A stretch of DNA of 61,768 nt, the filler included. It is 9 parts of 9 records of this genome, joined end to end, with 100 filler letters (N's around TTAATTAATTAA, not from the genome) between each part and the next. Parts side by side here need not be neighbours in the genome. Positions count along the whole stretch, not along the records: positions 7,097 to 13,143 come from SRR31156797_49844; positions 13,244 to 21,585 come from SRR31156797_49856; 7 more parts are not named here. One strand, written 5' to 3'. This document shows positions 11,201-19,593 of this stretch, one piece after another; position 1 is the stretch's first letter; each line of letters opens with the position of its first letter. The notes under the pieces were generated by a model. It made no database searches. It was given only the letters and a program-made list of their open reading frames with translations, and was not told where the DNA came from. The position numbers and the translations under genes are program-made.

Positions 11201-12069
11201 GTGACAAACTCTTTTGGAGTGAAATCCTCAACCGCAGGAATTCCCACCGTGTTGACTCCGTCACCACCCCACTTCGCAAGATTCCCAGCTCCGAGAAACT
11301 GTTCCCATTTTGGGAATGCTCCTTTTTTAACAGTGTTGTTTCCATCATGATTAAGAGGAAGATCTATTACTCCGGGGGAGTTATTCTCCGAGGCTTGAAG
11401 AAGAGGCTTGCCGATCATGAAATCGAGGTCTTTCGGAAGGGTCTCCTGAGATATCGCGACCCATTCTCCTTTCATTGAGAAATACAGAGCATTGAGAGTG
11501 AAGCTGTAAAACCAGCGCTGTGGGATTGCGGTTGAAGGGAGGCCTGCACCCACTGCCAGCGTCATAGAGGGGCCTGTCATCGACTCAAAAGAATTAAGGT
11601 CAATATCCCCTGCAGTTTTGGTATTATCCTGATCTCCGATAGAATCTTTCAAATCAGATGTGTAACAAAAGAAGGCTTCTATCAGCCGTTCATCTTGAAT
11701 CCCCGCCGCTGAGAGACCAGTGGTCACGTCTGAGATGAGATACTTGATCGTATCCCCTACTCCGTAAGCGTAGATGTAGAGCCATACCCCTGCACGGGTC
11801 GCAGGGGCGGTGTAATCTTTAGCCAGACCGGGATCGTAAGAAGATGCACTACTCAGTGCAAGCTCAAGTTCACCATCTTGTTGGTAGAGCCCCTGTCCTC
11901 CAAGCTCAATAGAGATGCGAGAGGGAACCTTGACTGTACTCCTTCCATTTACTGGATCTTTCCATGTCCATGGATTCGAGAAGTCATATGCACCCGGTCT
12001 GGAGCTGATGATCTTCTGAATGGTGAGGTTATCCAGTGAAAACGGAAAACTTAAATGGTTTTTATTCAT
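8242..12069 (-). CDS. large mosaic phage tail fibre / receptor-binding protein (1275 aa)
   Basis: degenerate tail-collar motif (FPKWEQFLG..WGGDGVNTVGIP), repeated V/IWxG..I.KI modules, two DT(T/S)xG fibre modules, C-terminal WIVRKTADGSMVQ..LPEIF..EGYW fibre-tip-like domain. Confidence 0.75.
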   Translation of the reverse strand: MNKNHLSFPFSLDNLTIQKIISSRPGAYDFSNPWTWKDPVNGRSTVKVPSRISIELGGQGLYQQDGELELALSSASSYDPGLAKDYTAPATRAGVWLYIYAYGVGDTIKYLISDVTTGLSAAGIQDERLIEAFFCYTSDLKDSIGDQDNTKTAGDIDLNSFESMTGPSMTLAVGAGLPSTAIPQRWFYSFTLNALYFSMKGEWVAISQETLPKDLDFMIGKPLLQASENNSPGVIDLPLNHDGNNTVKKGAFPKWEQFLGAGNLAKWGGDGVNTVGIPAVEDFTPKEFVTVWEGEQGEVTQVSPEMIKAFSGETVENGDRFRAIVDYNDDSAQNTMQGTIEVVDLSSNAYSAGYSAETTFINIHWNSAGYFSATQKGYNTFSIVKIEKEIRFSKAPAGMKYVIYLGGSEATEQVSSDLVSQVAELEAKLGVMVEPYKTVWTAMPSWTGQDIIIEHPFKGAVLDDLDIRFLVSPTGKDSDSLDVPVGNTTINASNVSFGSTVKYESDSSIRISTASTLAFIASGHTVTPVTDGWYYRATISYKKLSPISQANYYPVKDWVEVEGFTPVNSQKVTFKVPDGEYKAILTAFTENSTVYEAVVLVDSSKGTNAGTAWEKTYNLLYSYSTGEWNTEHPSYKICKLFRKQDSRGYNQKPYPLHDGIVEVWNGDPKSTVSKDELSEFEYDSMYLVELFLHLSSGVKVTNVIYIASDSEGVFGQDLQSSGSPANFVRAYFNPDGEFVANGVGTYSPTINRILRFTGMMSQSIDHRNINLFGENGRIHEIDTTSGPVNITTDDAQYFPPVATATEGYLVTLKNGGDVGQTLTIQTPWDTMVVTDHRSISLCLIDGEWTILTGHLIQHPEPKKDWVTIWEGSQSLVKLPEPGVYKVWGRQVGSGDEAVSMEIDTTIGDFQESLFVSQSDLGSQIRLEFIQADMEIKSSTVGSYTSTIVKVQQWKDATGNEIPAVPIKDASTLVYEDQSGVSSLVSYSSMKHLDSPIGDYIIEVSYNGGGEERMTGRVRYSGRSENTHHLIFLDAAGNGVFSQVNGTGITVSGNGAYQSPAPKITRVWKVQGFLNLNYKRTNSTVVGNPEKLFIRKDTSGGAIDISAEFPSHLDPAYSDGDIVEVFNSAGFDTDPSYVITGCPDGIKIGAGGSCRWRLNKDNNCWMADKSCLIHQYKKTVGNGDWIVRKTADGSMVQRLPQATGRASLQDVWNLPEIFTGDTSDWNASANQISNLSTGDVMILKGDNSVTTLVDSSASTFINIQLEGYWALPSTIN

Positions 12070-12120
12070 TCGGACTATTCCTTAAACGTGCAGATGTTTC
12101 TGCCTTAATAGTCAGAATGA
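12066..12120 (-). promoter_or_regulatory. leader hairpin covering the start codon of the fibre gene
   Basis: minus strand TCATTCTGACTATT pairs with AATAGTCCGAATGA (13/14 bp, contains the ATG); inner GCAGA-AACA-TCTGC hairpin. Confidence 0.5.
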
Positions 12121-12150
12121 GATTCATTGATTGAGGTGTATTCAGAATAG

Positions 12151-12178
12151 AATGAGGGAGCTTTTCAGCTCCCTCATT
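12151..12178 (-). terminator. hairpin/terminator after the 195-aa fibre gene
   Basis: AATGAGGGAGCT-(GAAA on minus strand)-AGCTCCCTCATT perfect 12-bp stem, 3 nt after the stop. Confidence 0.7.
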
Positions 12179-12181
12179 GAG

Positions 12182-12769
12182 TTATGCGGTACGCCGCCAT
12201 TTCTTTATTGTACGGTTAACTGGTCTTGTTTCATTACCGTAGTGAACTGTTCCCTCTGTACCCTCATATGTACCTTGTGGATAGGTTGTCTTTATATTCA
12301 TGGTAGAGTGACCGCTCGCTCCATTGAGGCCTCCCACACCATATCCTGAACCGCCAGTTCCAGATGTAGAGTAAACTTGACTGTGTGCATGCCCTTGAAG
12401 TTGGTGATTCTGCTCTCCTCCCTCAAACTCAGACGCTTCACCACCCTCAAACCGTAAAAAATCACCCGCCATGGATTCAACGGACCGAATAAACTTTCCT
12501 GAATAGGCTCCTGCGGAAATAGTATCCCCTATAGCCAAATCATCCTCAGAAAAGTCCATAAGCTGACCCGCCTCATCCCGGCTGATATAGGATGTAGGAT
12601 CACTTTCATTCACTTCTGAGATTCCATAGCCTTCCGCTCTCTGGGATATATTCAACCACACACCCGGGCGCCCCATCTCTTGTGGAGTTTTCATCCATGG
12701 CATCTGTATATATACATCCCCTACGGGATAAGTGAGACTCCCTTGTGAGTTCTTAAATGCATTACCCAT
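12182..12769 (-). CDS. short phage tail fibre/collar-type protein
   Basis: YPVGDVYIQ..P..G.W N-terminus, GDFLR, QNHQLQGHAH, NETRPVNRTIKKWRRTA C-terminus typical of collar-containing fibres. Confidence 0.8.
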   Translation of the reverse strand: MGNAFKNSQGSLTYPVGDVYIQMPWMKTPQEMGRPGVWLNISQRAEGYGISEVNESDPTSYISRDEAGQLMDFSEDDLAIGDTISAGAYSGKFIRSVESMAGDFLRFEGGEASEFEGGEQNHQLQGHAHSQVYSTSGTGGSGYGVGGLNGASGHSTMNIKTTYPQGTYEGTEGTVHYGNETRPVNRTIKKWRRTA

Positions 12770-12796
12770 GTTGTACCTCTCTATAGTGCTTTAACA

Positions 12797-13143
12797 TCAT
12801 GATTTGAATGTCCTTCCCCACATATAGAGGTGACCAATTAAGGCACGGGGATCGGTGGTTTTGCCCACACGAACAGATCCATATGTGGGGTCTGTTGTTG
12901 CTTGTTCAACAGAGGCCTGCTTTGCAGCATATTTATTTGAGGAGGCGTTCGAGGTCCCAAGAGTATTTGAATAGTCAGTTCCCCCTCCATTCTTCCCATA
13001 AAGAGCGTGATAGTGACCTTGTATCCGGTCTCGTCTTCTCAGTCCTGCGATACACTCAACATTTGCAGAGACCAAGGATCGAGCAGAAGCTTCAAAAATA
13101 CGTGCAGTTGTTGTGCTACCCTGTACACGATGAGTATGAAACT
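12797..13143 (-). CDS. phage tail fibre-like protein, C-terminal part (5' truncated)
   Basis: frame open to contig end (..HRVQGSTTTARIF..GLRRRDRIQGHYH..GKTTDPR..LYMWG); by recollection resembles Leptospira prophage fibre C-termini. Confidence 0.7.
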
Positions 13144-13243
13144 NNNNNNNNNNNNNNNNNNNNNNNNNNNNNNNNNNNNNNNNNNNNTTAATTAATTAAN
13201 NNNNNNNNNNNNNNNNNNNNNNNNNNNNNNNNNNNNNNNNNNN
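13144..13243. other. artificial contig spacer
   Basis: N44-TTAATTAATTAA-N44. Confidence 0.98.
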
Positions 13244-13412
13244 AAAAGTCTGATGCTTTTATAATATAGCCACTGTGATTGATCTCTTCTCCCCAGTAAA
13301 GTGTGTACTCTTCTGCTTCCAGCCATTCAATTTCATCTGACTGTGCACCGACCACAGCACAGGAACTTATTAGCATTATGGCCAGTACTAACAGGAGTAA
13401 TTGCTTCCTCAT
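13244..13412 (-). CDS. secreted surface protein N-terminus, paralog of the adjacent gene (3' truncated)
   Basis: signal peptide MRKQLLLLVLAIML..; EIEW..TLYWGE..YIIKASDF aligns with DVEW..TLAWGG..YTIKAEDF of 13417-15033. Confidence 0.7.
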
Positions 13413-13416
13413 AAAA

Positions 13417-15033
13417 TTATGACCTTTCTTTGCGTCTGTATACGAAATAAACAGCAAATAATGCCATTATCATAAAACTTGCTTCAAATCCAGGTTCAAC
13501 TTTGTCTTCTCCAATGCTACTGCTACTATCCTGTTCATTTGCAGGATTGTTCAGATCCGAAGTAGTTGAACTACTTGAACTACCGTGTGATGATGAACTT
13601 TCCTCACTGACGGCTTCAGGGTCAAGTACAGTTAAGATTGGTGTGTTTGATACCTTTTCACCTTTGTAATCTTCCATATCAACAAATGAGGCAATTGTCT
13701 CTGGAAGTTTGAATTCCCCGATCTCATTAAGCTGAATGACATAGGAATAGGAATAACTTTTACCTTCTGCAGCCACATCGTCAAAAGTTAAGTCACCACT
13801 GACATAAGTGGCAGTTTCCGGAATTGTTTCAGTAGTAACAACACTGGCATCCCTGTTACCCTGATTCTTAACGGTGACCTTGACTGTTGCAGAATCTCCA
13901 GGATTAATAGATTCAGGACTTACTGTCTTGCTTAGCACTATGTCCGGACCATTGATCTGTATAGTTGGTTTGTCAGCTGTGAAAGTACGTGTTTTCCCAT
14001 TTGGATCAGTAAATGTAACTGTTGTCGTTGGAATCGTAAATTTACCTGTCTTTGTGGGCTTTAATGTATATTCAAACACCTTTGCTTTTGTTTCCTTTGA
14101 AGTAAAAGAAAGCGTTACATCATTGTCAACGCTGTCCTGAACTTCCAGATCTCCTGTTACTTCATTGCTAACTTTGACTGAACTGAGACTATAGATACCG
14201 TTATTCCATATACTAACGGATGCATGTGCGGTTTCATCCATGTATATTTCTTCAGTAACCGATTTTGTGATGATAAGTTCAACAACAGGAAGGATTGTTA
14301 TCGTTTCTGTCTCCGTATCTTCAAGAATATCCCCATTGATATCTTCAGATTTGGTTGTAACCGTAATATCTACATCGGTTTCTTCCCAAAAATGAGGGAT
14401 CTCAAGTTTAATGTCAATTGTATCCAATACTTCATCTTCATCAACTGAAACATAATTGTAGTTCAATTTACCATCGGCAAGCTCCATCCCGTCAACATCA
14501 ATTTCTACATCCATATCATATGCCTTGGCATCACCATCATTTGTGATATCAATCGTTGCTTCTATATACTGATAAGCAACCGTTCTGGGGTCGTATTCAT
14601 CATGCTCCGGTTCGATAACGATATCCATTTCAGGAATACCTCTGTCGTAAACCTCGACTGCAGCAGTCGGATCCACCATATTGCCCGTCCACTCATCTAT
14701 ATTCAGGTCAATTTTCTTTACGAATACACGTATATCATCGCCCTTCTCAGTATCACGATATTCAAAACCAAAACCTTGTTTTACAGGTGATTTGTCTTTA
14801 AGGACACCATCACGGTAAATGCCTATACTTACAAAGCCTTCCTCATCAAAATCTTCAGCTTTAATTGTATACTCATCTGCTTTAAGTGTTCCACCCCATG
14901 CCAGAGTGCCACTTACAAGCTTGCCATCGCTCCATTCAACATCATCCAGTTCATATGCTAACACCGGAGTAGAAAAAATAATTAAAATAATTAATAGTAC
15001 ACCGAAGAAATTTTTGTCAATCATAACCATCAC
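13417..15033 (-). CDS. archaeal cell-surface protein with DUF11/BatD-like Ig domains and PGF-CTERM sorting signal
   Basis: signal peptide, acidic beta-rich repeats (LIITKSV, IVLSKTVSP..VTVKNQG), Ser-rich linker, C-terminal PGF-TM-RRK. Confidence 0.82.
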   Translation of the reverse strand: MMVMIDKNFFGVLLIILIIFSTPVLAYELDDVEWSDGKLVSGTLAWGGTLKADEYTIKAEDFDEEGFVSIGIYRDGVLKDKSPVKQGFGFEYRDTEKGDDIRVFVKKIDLNIDEWTGNMVDPTAAVEVYDRGIPEMDIVIEPEHDEYDPRTVAYQYIEATIDITNDGDAKAYDMDVEIDVDGMELADGKLNYNYVSVDEDEVLDTIDIKLEIPHFWEETDVDITVTTKSEDINGDILEDTETETITILPVVELIITKSVTEEIYMDETAHASVSIWNNGIYSLSSVKVSNEVTGDLEVQDSVDNDVTLSFTSKETKAKVFEYTLKPTKTGKFTIPTTTVTFTDPNGKTRTFTADKPTIQINGPDIVLSKTVSPESINPGDSATVKVTVKNQGNRDASVVTTETIPETATYVSGDLTFDDVAAEGKSYSYSYVIQLNEIGEFKLPETIASFVDMEDYKGEKVSNTPILTVLDPEAVSEESSSSHGSSSSSTTSDLNNPANEQDSSSSIGEDKVEPGFEASFMIMALFAVYFVYRRKERS

Positions 15034-15052
15034 ACATGTTACTTAAATATTA

Positions 15053-15553
15053 TTACATATTAGGATTCATTGGTTTAAACCCTTGCAACTGAGAGGGTCT
15101 GTTAATAGCTTTTGTTCTTGACGTTGTGCCCGGAAGGTTCATCAACGAAGGACGCTGGATCATACCTGCAACGTTATCCTTATGACTGAAGCTAGCAAAA
15201 CCTGACTCAATAGGCCTTTCAGAGCCTCCTGAAAGAAAAGAATCGAATTCAACATTAGCCTGATTTCTTTGCTCTCCAGCCTCTTTTTTAGAAAGACCGG
15301 CATGCATGTCTCTTTCTTTGGCTTTCACACCTTCTTCTTTGCCCCTGGTATACTTTTCCTTGATAAGAGTCCCAAAGCCGGCCTCTTTAGCCAGATCCTC
15401 TAGCATCGAATATCTTTCACTGACCCAGCCCAGCTCAGAGTGTTTATGGTAACCTACTTCAAATCCAAGGTCATATGCATTTTTAGAGAGCTCGGCAATT
15501 TCAGCATCAGTTAGCTGAGTTTTTTCTTCCTTCTTTGTAAAGAATCTAACCAT
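15053..15553 (-). CDS. hypothetical archaeal protein, likely co-transcribed with the KaiC-like ATPase
   Basis: 12 nt downstream of the ATPase gene; helical AYDLGFEVGYHKHSELGWV core with low-complexity tail. Confidence 0.7.
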   Translation of the reverse strand: MVRFFTKKEEKTQLTDAEIAELSKNAYDLGFEVGYHKHSELGWVSERYSMLEDLAKEAGFGTLIKEKYTRGKEEGVKAKERDMHAGLSKKEAGEQRNQANVEFDSFLSGGSERPIESGFASFSHKDNVAGMIQRPSLMNLPGTTSRTKAINRPSQLQGFKPMNPNM

Positions 15554-15565
15554 TAGTGAACACCA

Positions 15566-16309
15566 TCATTCAAGGAAACCACTAACAACAAGTCCCTGTT
15601 CATTGAAATTCACTTCACGCATGTTACAATCATGCTTGGTTCCCCTCATTTTGATAACCTGCAATGCACGGGTCATTGTTTTATCATAGAGGAAATTGTG
15701 CATGAAAATAACACCATGTGCAGCGAACTGTTCAGTTGAGTAAGCACTTGGATCTGTCATTTCGGAAATGAGTATAGTAGTACAACCCAGTTTTTTTAGA
15801 TTCCTTATGAAGCGACTCATCTCTTTTTCCTGAAGTGACAGGTCCCGCGTAGTAAACCTGATAGCAGATACAGAGTCTATAACCAGCCTCTTAACATCAT
15901 ATTCTGCTACATAGGCTGCTATTTCTCTGAAAACCATCGCAGGAGATGGAGCCTCCCTGTCAACTGATGCTGCCGCTACTTCATAGTCAGGAGTGATGTA
16001 ATCACTCATTTCATCCATATACCCATATTCCATTCTTGGACCAAGGTCTGCAAAAAGCAGCTTCTTCATCTTGATAAGAGTTAACACATTCATAGAGTAA
16101 TTTGACATATCATCAATTATGTTCTGGGGACTTTCAAGCAGAGTAACATAAAGTCCGACCTCACCCAAAGCAGCGCCCTGTGCCAGATATTGAACACTAA
16201 ATGTTGTTTTCCCACTTCCGGGTGGACCACTTACAAGATAAACACGTTCTGCAAGCAGACCGCCCTGAACCAATTCATCAAAACCATCTATACCTGTCTT
16301 TATCCTCAT
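15566..16309 (-). CDS. KaiC/RAD55-family single-domain ATPase
   Basis: RIKTGIDGFDEL..GG, Walker A GPPGSGKT, Walker B RLVIDS, RALQVIKMRGT. Confidence 0.9.
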   Translation of the reverse strand: MRIKTGIDGFDELVQGGLLAERVYLVSGPPGSGKTTFSVQYLAQGAALGEVGLYVTLLESPQNIIDDMSNYSMNVLTLIKMKKLLFADLGPRMEYGYMDEMSDYITPDYEVAAASVDREAPSPAMVFREIAAYVAEYDVKRLVIDSVSAIRFTTRDLSLQEKEMSRFIRNLKKLGCTTILISEMTDPSAYSTEQFAAHGVIFMHNFLYDKTMTRALQVIKMRGTKHDCNMREVNFNEQGLVVSGFLE

Positions 16310-16492
16310 GAAACATCCTCGAATGTTTAATAATACTAAGTATAATATAATAATTAGTTATATTTATATTATACACCTATTTGAATGCTTTGATAGAATA
16401 TACTGTTTGAAAAAATATCAATACAGCGAATTCTCAGCTCTGAAAAATGGTTTTCCGACAGATTCAAATCTGTTTAAAATTATTCTTTTTTT

Positions 16493-17233
16493 ATGCATTT
16501 AAAAGACATCATTCCTGTCCTGGAAGAAATTGCACCTCCTGAACTTGCAGAAGATTTCGATATTGGAAGAATAGGCCTTACACTTGATATGCAAAACGAC
16601 GTCCAGAAGATTGCAGTTGCCCTTGACCCCACAGAATATGTGCTTAAGAGAGCTGCAATGATAAACGCAGACCTTCTTATCACACATCACACCCTGATTT
16701 TCCATCCAATCAATCGCATCAGTAAAGAGCTTGCAGATAGCCTTAAAATTGCACTTGACAACGGAATATCATTGTATTCAATGCACACGAATTTTGACAA
16801 GGCAAAAGGTGGAATAAACGATGCACTTGCAAACAGACTCGGACTCTCTGACATACATGAAACCACAATTGGTAGACTTGGCAAGATCAGTCCATGTTCC
16901 ATTGAGACTTTTGTGAACCATGTTTCAAAGAGTCTGAACACCCATGTTCAATACAGTGGCAATGTTGATGAAATCAGCACAGTAATGGTTTTTGGTGGAA
17001 GTGGCTTCAGGTCAGAATACATTGACCTGGCAAGGAGTATGGGAGCAGATGCCTATGTTTCATCAGAATTAAAGCATGATATAATCCGTTCCTATAGTGA
17101 CATGCTCCTTGTGGACGCAACACACTATGCCACAGAGAATCCGGGAATGGAAGACCTCTGCCCGGTACTTGCAGACAGATTAAAAATTGACGTGGAATTC
17201 ATTGACCACGATCCCCTCATAAAAACCCATTGA
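16493..17233 (+). CDS. Nif3-like dinuclear metal centre protein
   Basis: LEEIAPPELAE, ADLLITHHTLIF, MHTNFD..GGIND, SELKH, ATHYATE. Confidence 0.9.
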   Translation: MHLKDIIPVLEEIAPPELAEDFDIGRIGLTLDMQNDVQKIAVALDPTEYVLKRAAMINADLLITHHTLIFHPINRISKELADSLKIALDNGISLYSMHTNFDKAKGGINDALANRLGLSDIHETTIGRLGKISPCSIETFVNHVSKSLNTHVQYSGNVDEISTVMVFGGSGFRSEYIDLARSMGADAYVSSELKHDIIRSYSDMLLVDATHYATENPGMEDLCPVLADRLKIDVEFIDHDPLIKTH

Positions 17234-17246
17234 ATAGGTGATGATA

Positions 17247-17417
17247 ATGTCAGATGAAAATGAAAAAGCAGATGACATAGACGAAGATGAACTCGAAGAG
17301 CTTTTTGAGAAGAATGCGAAAAAGAGAGAAGAACCTAAACACCGCGGATACGGAGGTTATGAGAGAAACAAAATATACAGGGGACCTTCAGTTGAAAGGG
17401 ACCCTGAGTTAACTTAA
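17247..17417 (+). CDS. small acidic protein (56 aa), absent from the ORF track
   Basis: AGGTGA SD then ATG; MSDENEKADDIDEDELEELFEKNAKKREEPKHRGYGGYERNKIYRGPSVERDPELT; fills the gap up to the stop of the convergent gene. Confidence 0.6.
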   Translation: MSDENEKADDIDEDELEELFEKNAKKREEPKHRGYGGYERNKIYRGPSVERDPELT

Positions 17418-17951
17418 TTATTCCCTGTTATCAATTACTTTCTTACCGCGTTTCTCGGGAACTATTGTGAGTTCCCCGCCTTCAAATTCGTTTTGAAGAG
17501 GATCTTTTTGAGCGATCCGGTCCAGAGTGACAGCAACTGCCGCAACTTCTGAGTGAGGCTGGTTGCCAACTGCAACATTCCAGTCAGCCTGCTCATATAT
17601 CTCAAAAGGCACTTTCTCAGCACCCACGACAATCATTAGTTTTTCGCATTGCCGTATCTCAGGAACGGCATCCGGGAGATTGATCCCGTACATGGACAGA
17701 TGACAGACCTTGCCACCGTCTTCTTTCCATTTCCTAATCTCAGCCTTCCAGCTGACATCATTCTCAACATAGAACTCTCCGCCCCACCTTGTTGAGACAT
17801 CTGCGATGTTGTCAGCCAGTTTCTGGTCAGCAGACGCAAGGAGCATTCCCTTTGCACCAAAGGCTCTTGCTGTCAGACCTACATGGGTCGTGATCCTTTT
17901 ATCCCTCTGGGGACGGTGACCAAGTCTTAATATAACTATTTCTTCCGGCAT
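17418..17951 (-). CDS. trm56: tRNA (cytidine(56)-2'-O)-methyltransferase aTrm56
   Basis: LRLGHRPQRDKRITTHVGLTARAFGA, HLSMYG, VVGAEKVP, VGNQPHSEVAA. Confidence 0.93.
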   Translation of the reverse strand: MPEEIVILRLGHRPQRDKRITTHVGLTARAFGAKGMLLASADQKLADNIADVSTRWGGEFYVENDVSWKAEIRKWKEDGGKVCHLSMYGINLPDAVPEIRQCEKLMIVVGAEKVPFEIYEQADWNVAVGNQPHSEVAAVAVTLDRIAQKDPLQNEFEGGELTIVPEKRGKKVIDNRE

Positions 17952-17956
17952 GGGGA

Positions 17957-19477
17957 TCAAACTTCTGTTATATCTGCCACTCTCTCAAGAAGCATCCCTT
18001 CAACGATTATCGGAAGATCTTCTCTGGCACTCTTGATAGCCTCTGCAAGCTTTTCTTCCTTTTCAGCATAAATTGTTATGACAGGCTGACCTTCTTCTAC
18101 TGCCTCACCACGTTTTTTGTGTATCCTGACACCTGCACCTTTATCGTTTGGTGCACCGGCAAGTCTTGCTATCTGAACGATACGTTTGTTATGGAATTCA
18201 AGAATATAACCATTGGTTGGGGCTGTCAATTCTGCGGTGAACTGGCCTATCTGGATATCCTTGTGAGTTACGTCCGGGTTTCCACCCTGAATTGCAATTA
18301 TCTCTTTCATTTTTGCCAGTGCTTTACCATTTTTCAATGTCTCAATTGCAAGTTCACGACCCTGTCCCTTAGCAGCAACTCCCCCCATCTCAAGGAGCAT
18401 TCCAGCAAGAACGGCACTCTTTTCTATGAGACTGCTGGGACCCTCCATTGTTTCAAGGACCTGTAAGGCTTCTACAACCTCAAGCGCAGGACCAACTGTC
18501 CTTCCCACAGGAGATGCACCATAGGTTAGTGCACAATCCACATCCATACCAAGACGGTCACCAAGATTTATGAGGTCCCTGGCAAGCTTTCTTGCAGCCT
18601 TTACATCAGGTAGTTTAGTACCAGCACCGGTAGGAAGGTCCATGACAACTTTCTGGGCACCTACTGCACCTTTTTTAGCCATGATGGAAGCAAGCAGCTG
18701 GCAGTGAGGGTCAATGGAAAGAGGATACTCGATCTTTATTAGCTTGTCATCTGCAGGTGCTATATTGGTAGCTCCGCCCCATACAATGACACCGCCTATT
18801 TTCTCTGTCATATCTTTTATCTGCTGGGCGGTGAACTCCACAGGAGCCAGTATTTCCATAAGATCAGCTGTGCCACCAGCCCCGGTTATAGCCCTGGAAC
18901 TTGTCTTTGGGATAAGCAGGCCGTTAGCTGCAACGATTGGAACAATGAGCAGGGAGATCTTGTTACCAGGCACACCGCCGATTGAATGTTTGTCCATTAT
19001 AGGAGAAGTGCTGAACTCTATACGCTCACCGGTCTCTATCATTGCCTTTGTGAGCCATTCGGTCTCATCCTCACTCATGTCTTTGATGTACGTGGCTGTA
19101 AGGAAAGCTGCAAGCTCGATATCATTGAGATTTTCTTCAACTATGTCTTTTACAAGTTCATATATCTCATCCCGTTCAAGCTTGAAACCATCCATCACTT
19201 TCCTGATAATATGGATGGATGTTGGTTTTTCTGCAGGCTCAACTTCCACAGTTTCAGTCCATTCTCTCTGTAACTGTTCCTGCACCTCATGATACAGCCC
19301 AACCATTCCCGGAGAGATCATATCCTCTGTAAAATCAACAATTGCCGTAAGGGTTGTGTGGTCTTTGATCCTGACCCTGTCACCTTCATTAACTCCCAAT
19401 TCTTTGGCATCGATAGTGTTCAGAACCACTTTGTATTTGCCGACTTTGATATCAATAGGCTGTACTTTTAGTTGCAT
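17957..19477 (-). CDS. AMP phosphorylase (archaeal thymidine phosphorylase-like)
   Basis: N-terminal double-psi barrel-like extension, DKHSIGGVPGNK, IPKTSSRAITGAGGTAD, IARLAGAPNDKGAG. Confidence 0.92.
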   Translation of the reverse strand: MQLKVQPIDIKVGKYKVVLNTIDAKELGVNEGDRVRIKDHTTLTAIVDFTEDMISPGMVGLYHEVQEQLQREWTETVEVEPAEKPTSIHIIRKVMDGFKLERDEIYELVKDIVEENLNDIELAAFLTATYIKDMSEDETEWLTKAMIETGERIEFSTSPIMDKHSIGGVPGNKISLLIVPIVAANGLLIPKTSSRAITGAGGTADLMEILAPVEFTAQQIKDMTEKIGGVIVWGGATNIAPADDKLIKIEYPLSIDPHCQLLASIMAKKGAVGAQKVVMDLPTGAGTKLPDVKAARKLARDLINLGDRLGMDVDCALTYGASPVGRTVGPALEVVEALQVLETMEGPSSLIEKSAVLAGMLLEMGGVAAKGQGRELAIETLKNGKALAKMKEIIAIQGGNPDVTHKDIQIGQFTAELTAPTNGYILEFHNKRIVQIARLAGAPNDKGAGVRIHKKRGEAVEEGQPVITIYAEKEEKLAEAIKSAREDLPIIVEGMLLERVADITEV

Positions 19478-19593
19478 TGTTCCACCTTTTATTTATACAG
19501 AAAACGCACTAAGGGATAAATAGCTTTATGGTGCCCTGAAAAATAGGATGAGAATGCCTGGAAAGGCCAGACACCTAATTTGAATATATGAAC

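Noticed and set aside
7097-13143. Diversity-generating retroelement or invertible tail-fibre shufflon
   Set aside because: No reverse transcriptase, invertase, adenine-specific TR/VR pair or inverted cassettes seen; all genes are on one strand. The contig is partial, so this is not excluded elsewhere in the phage
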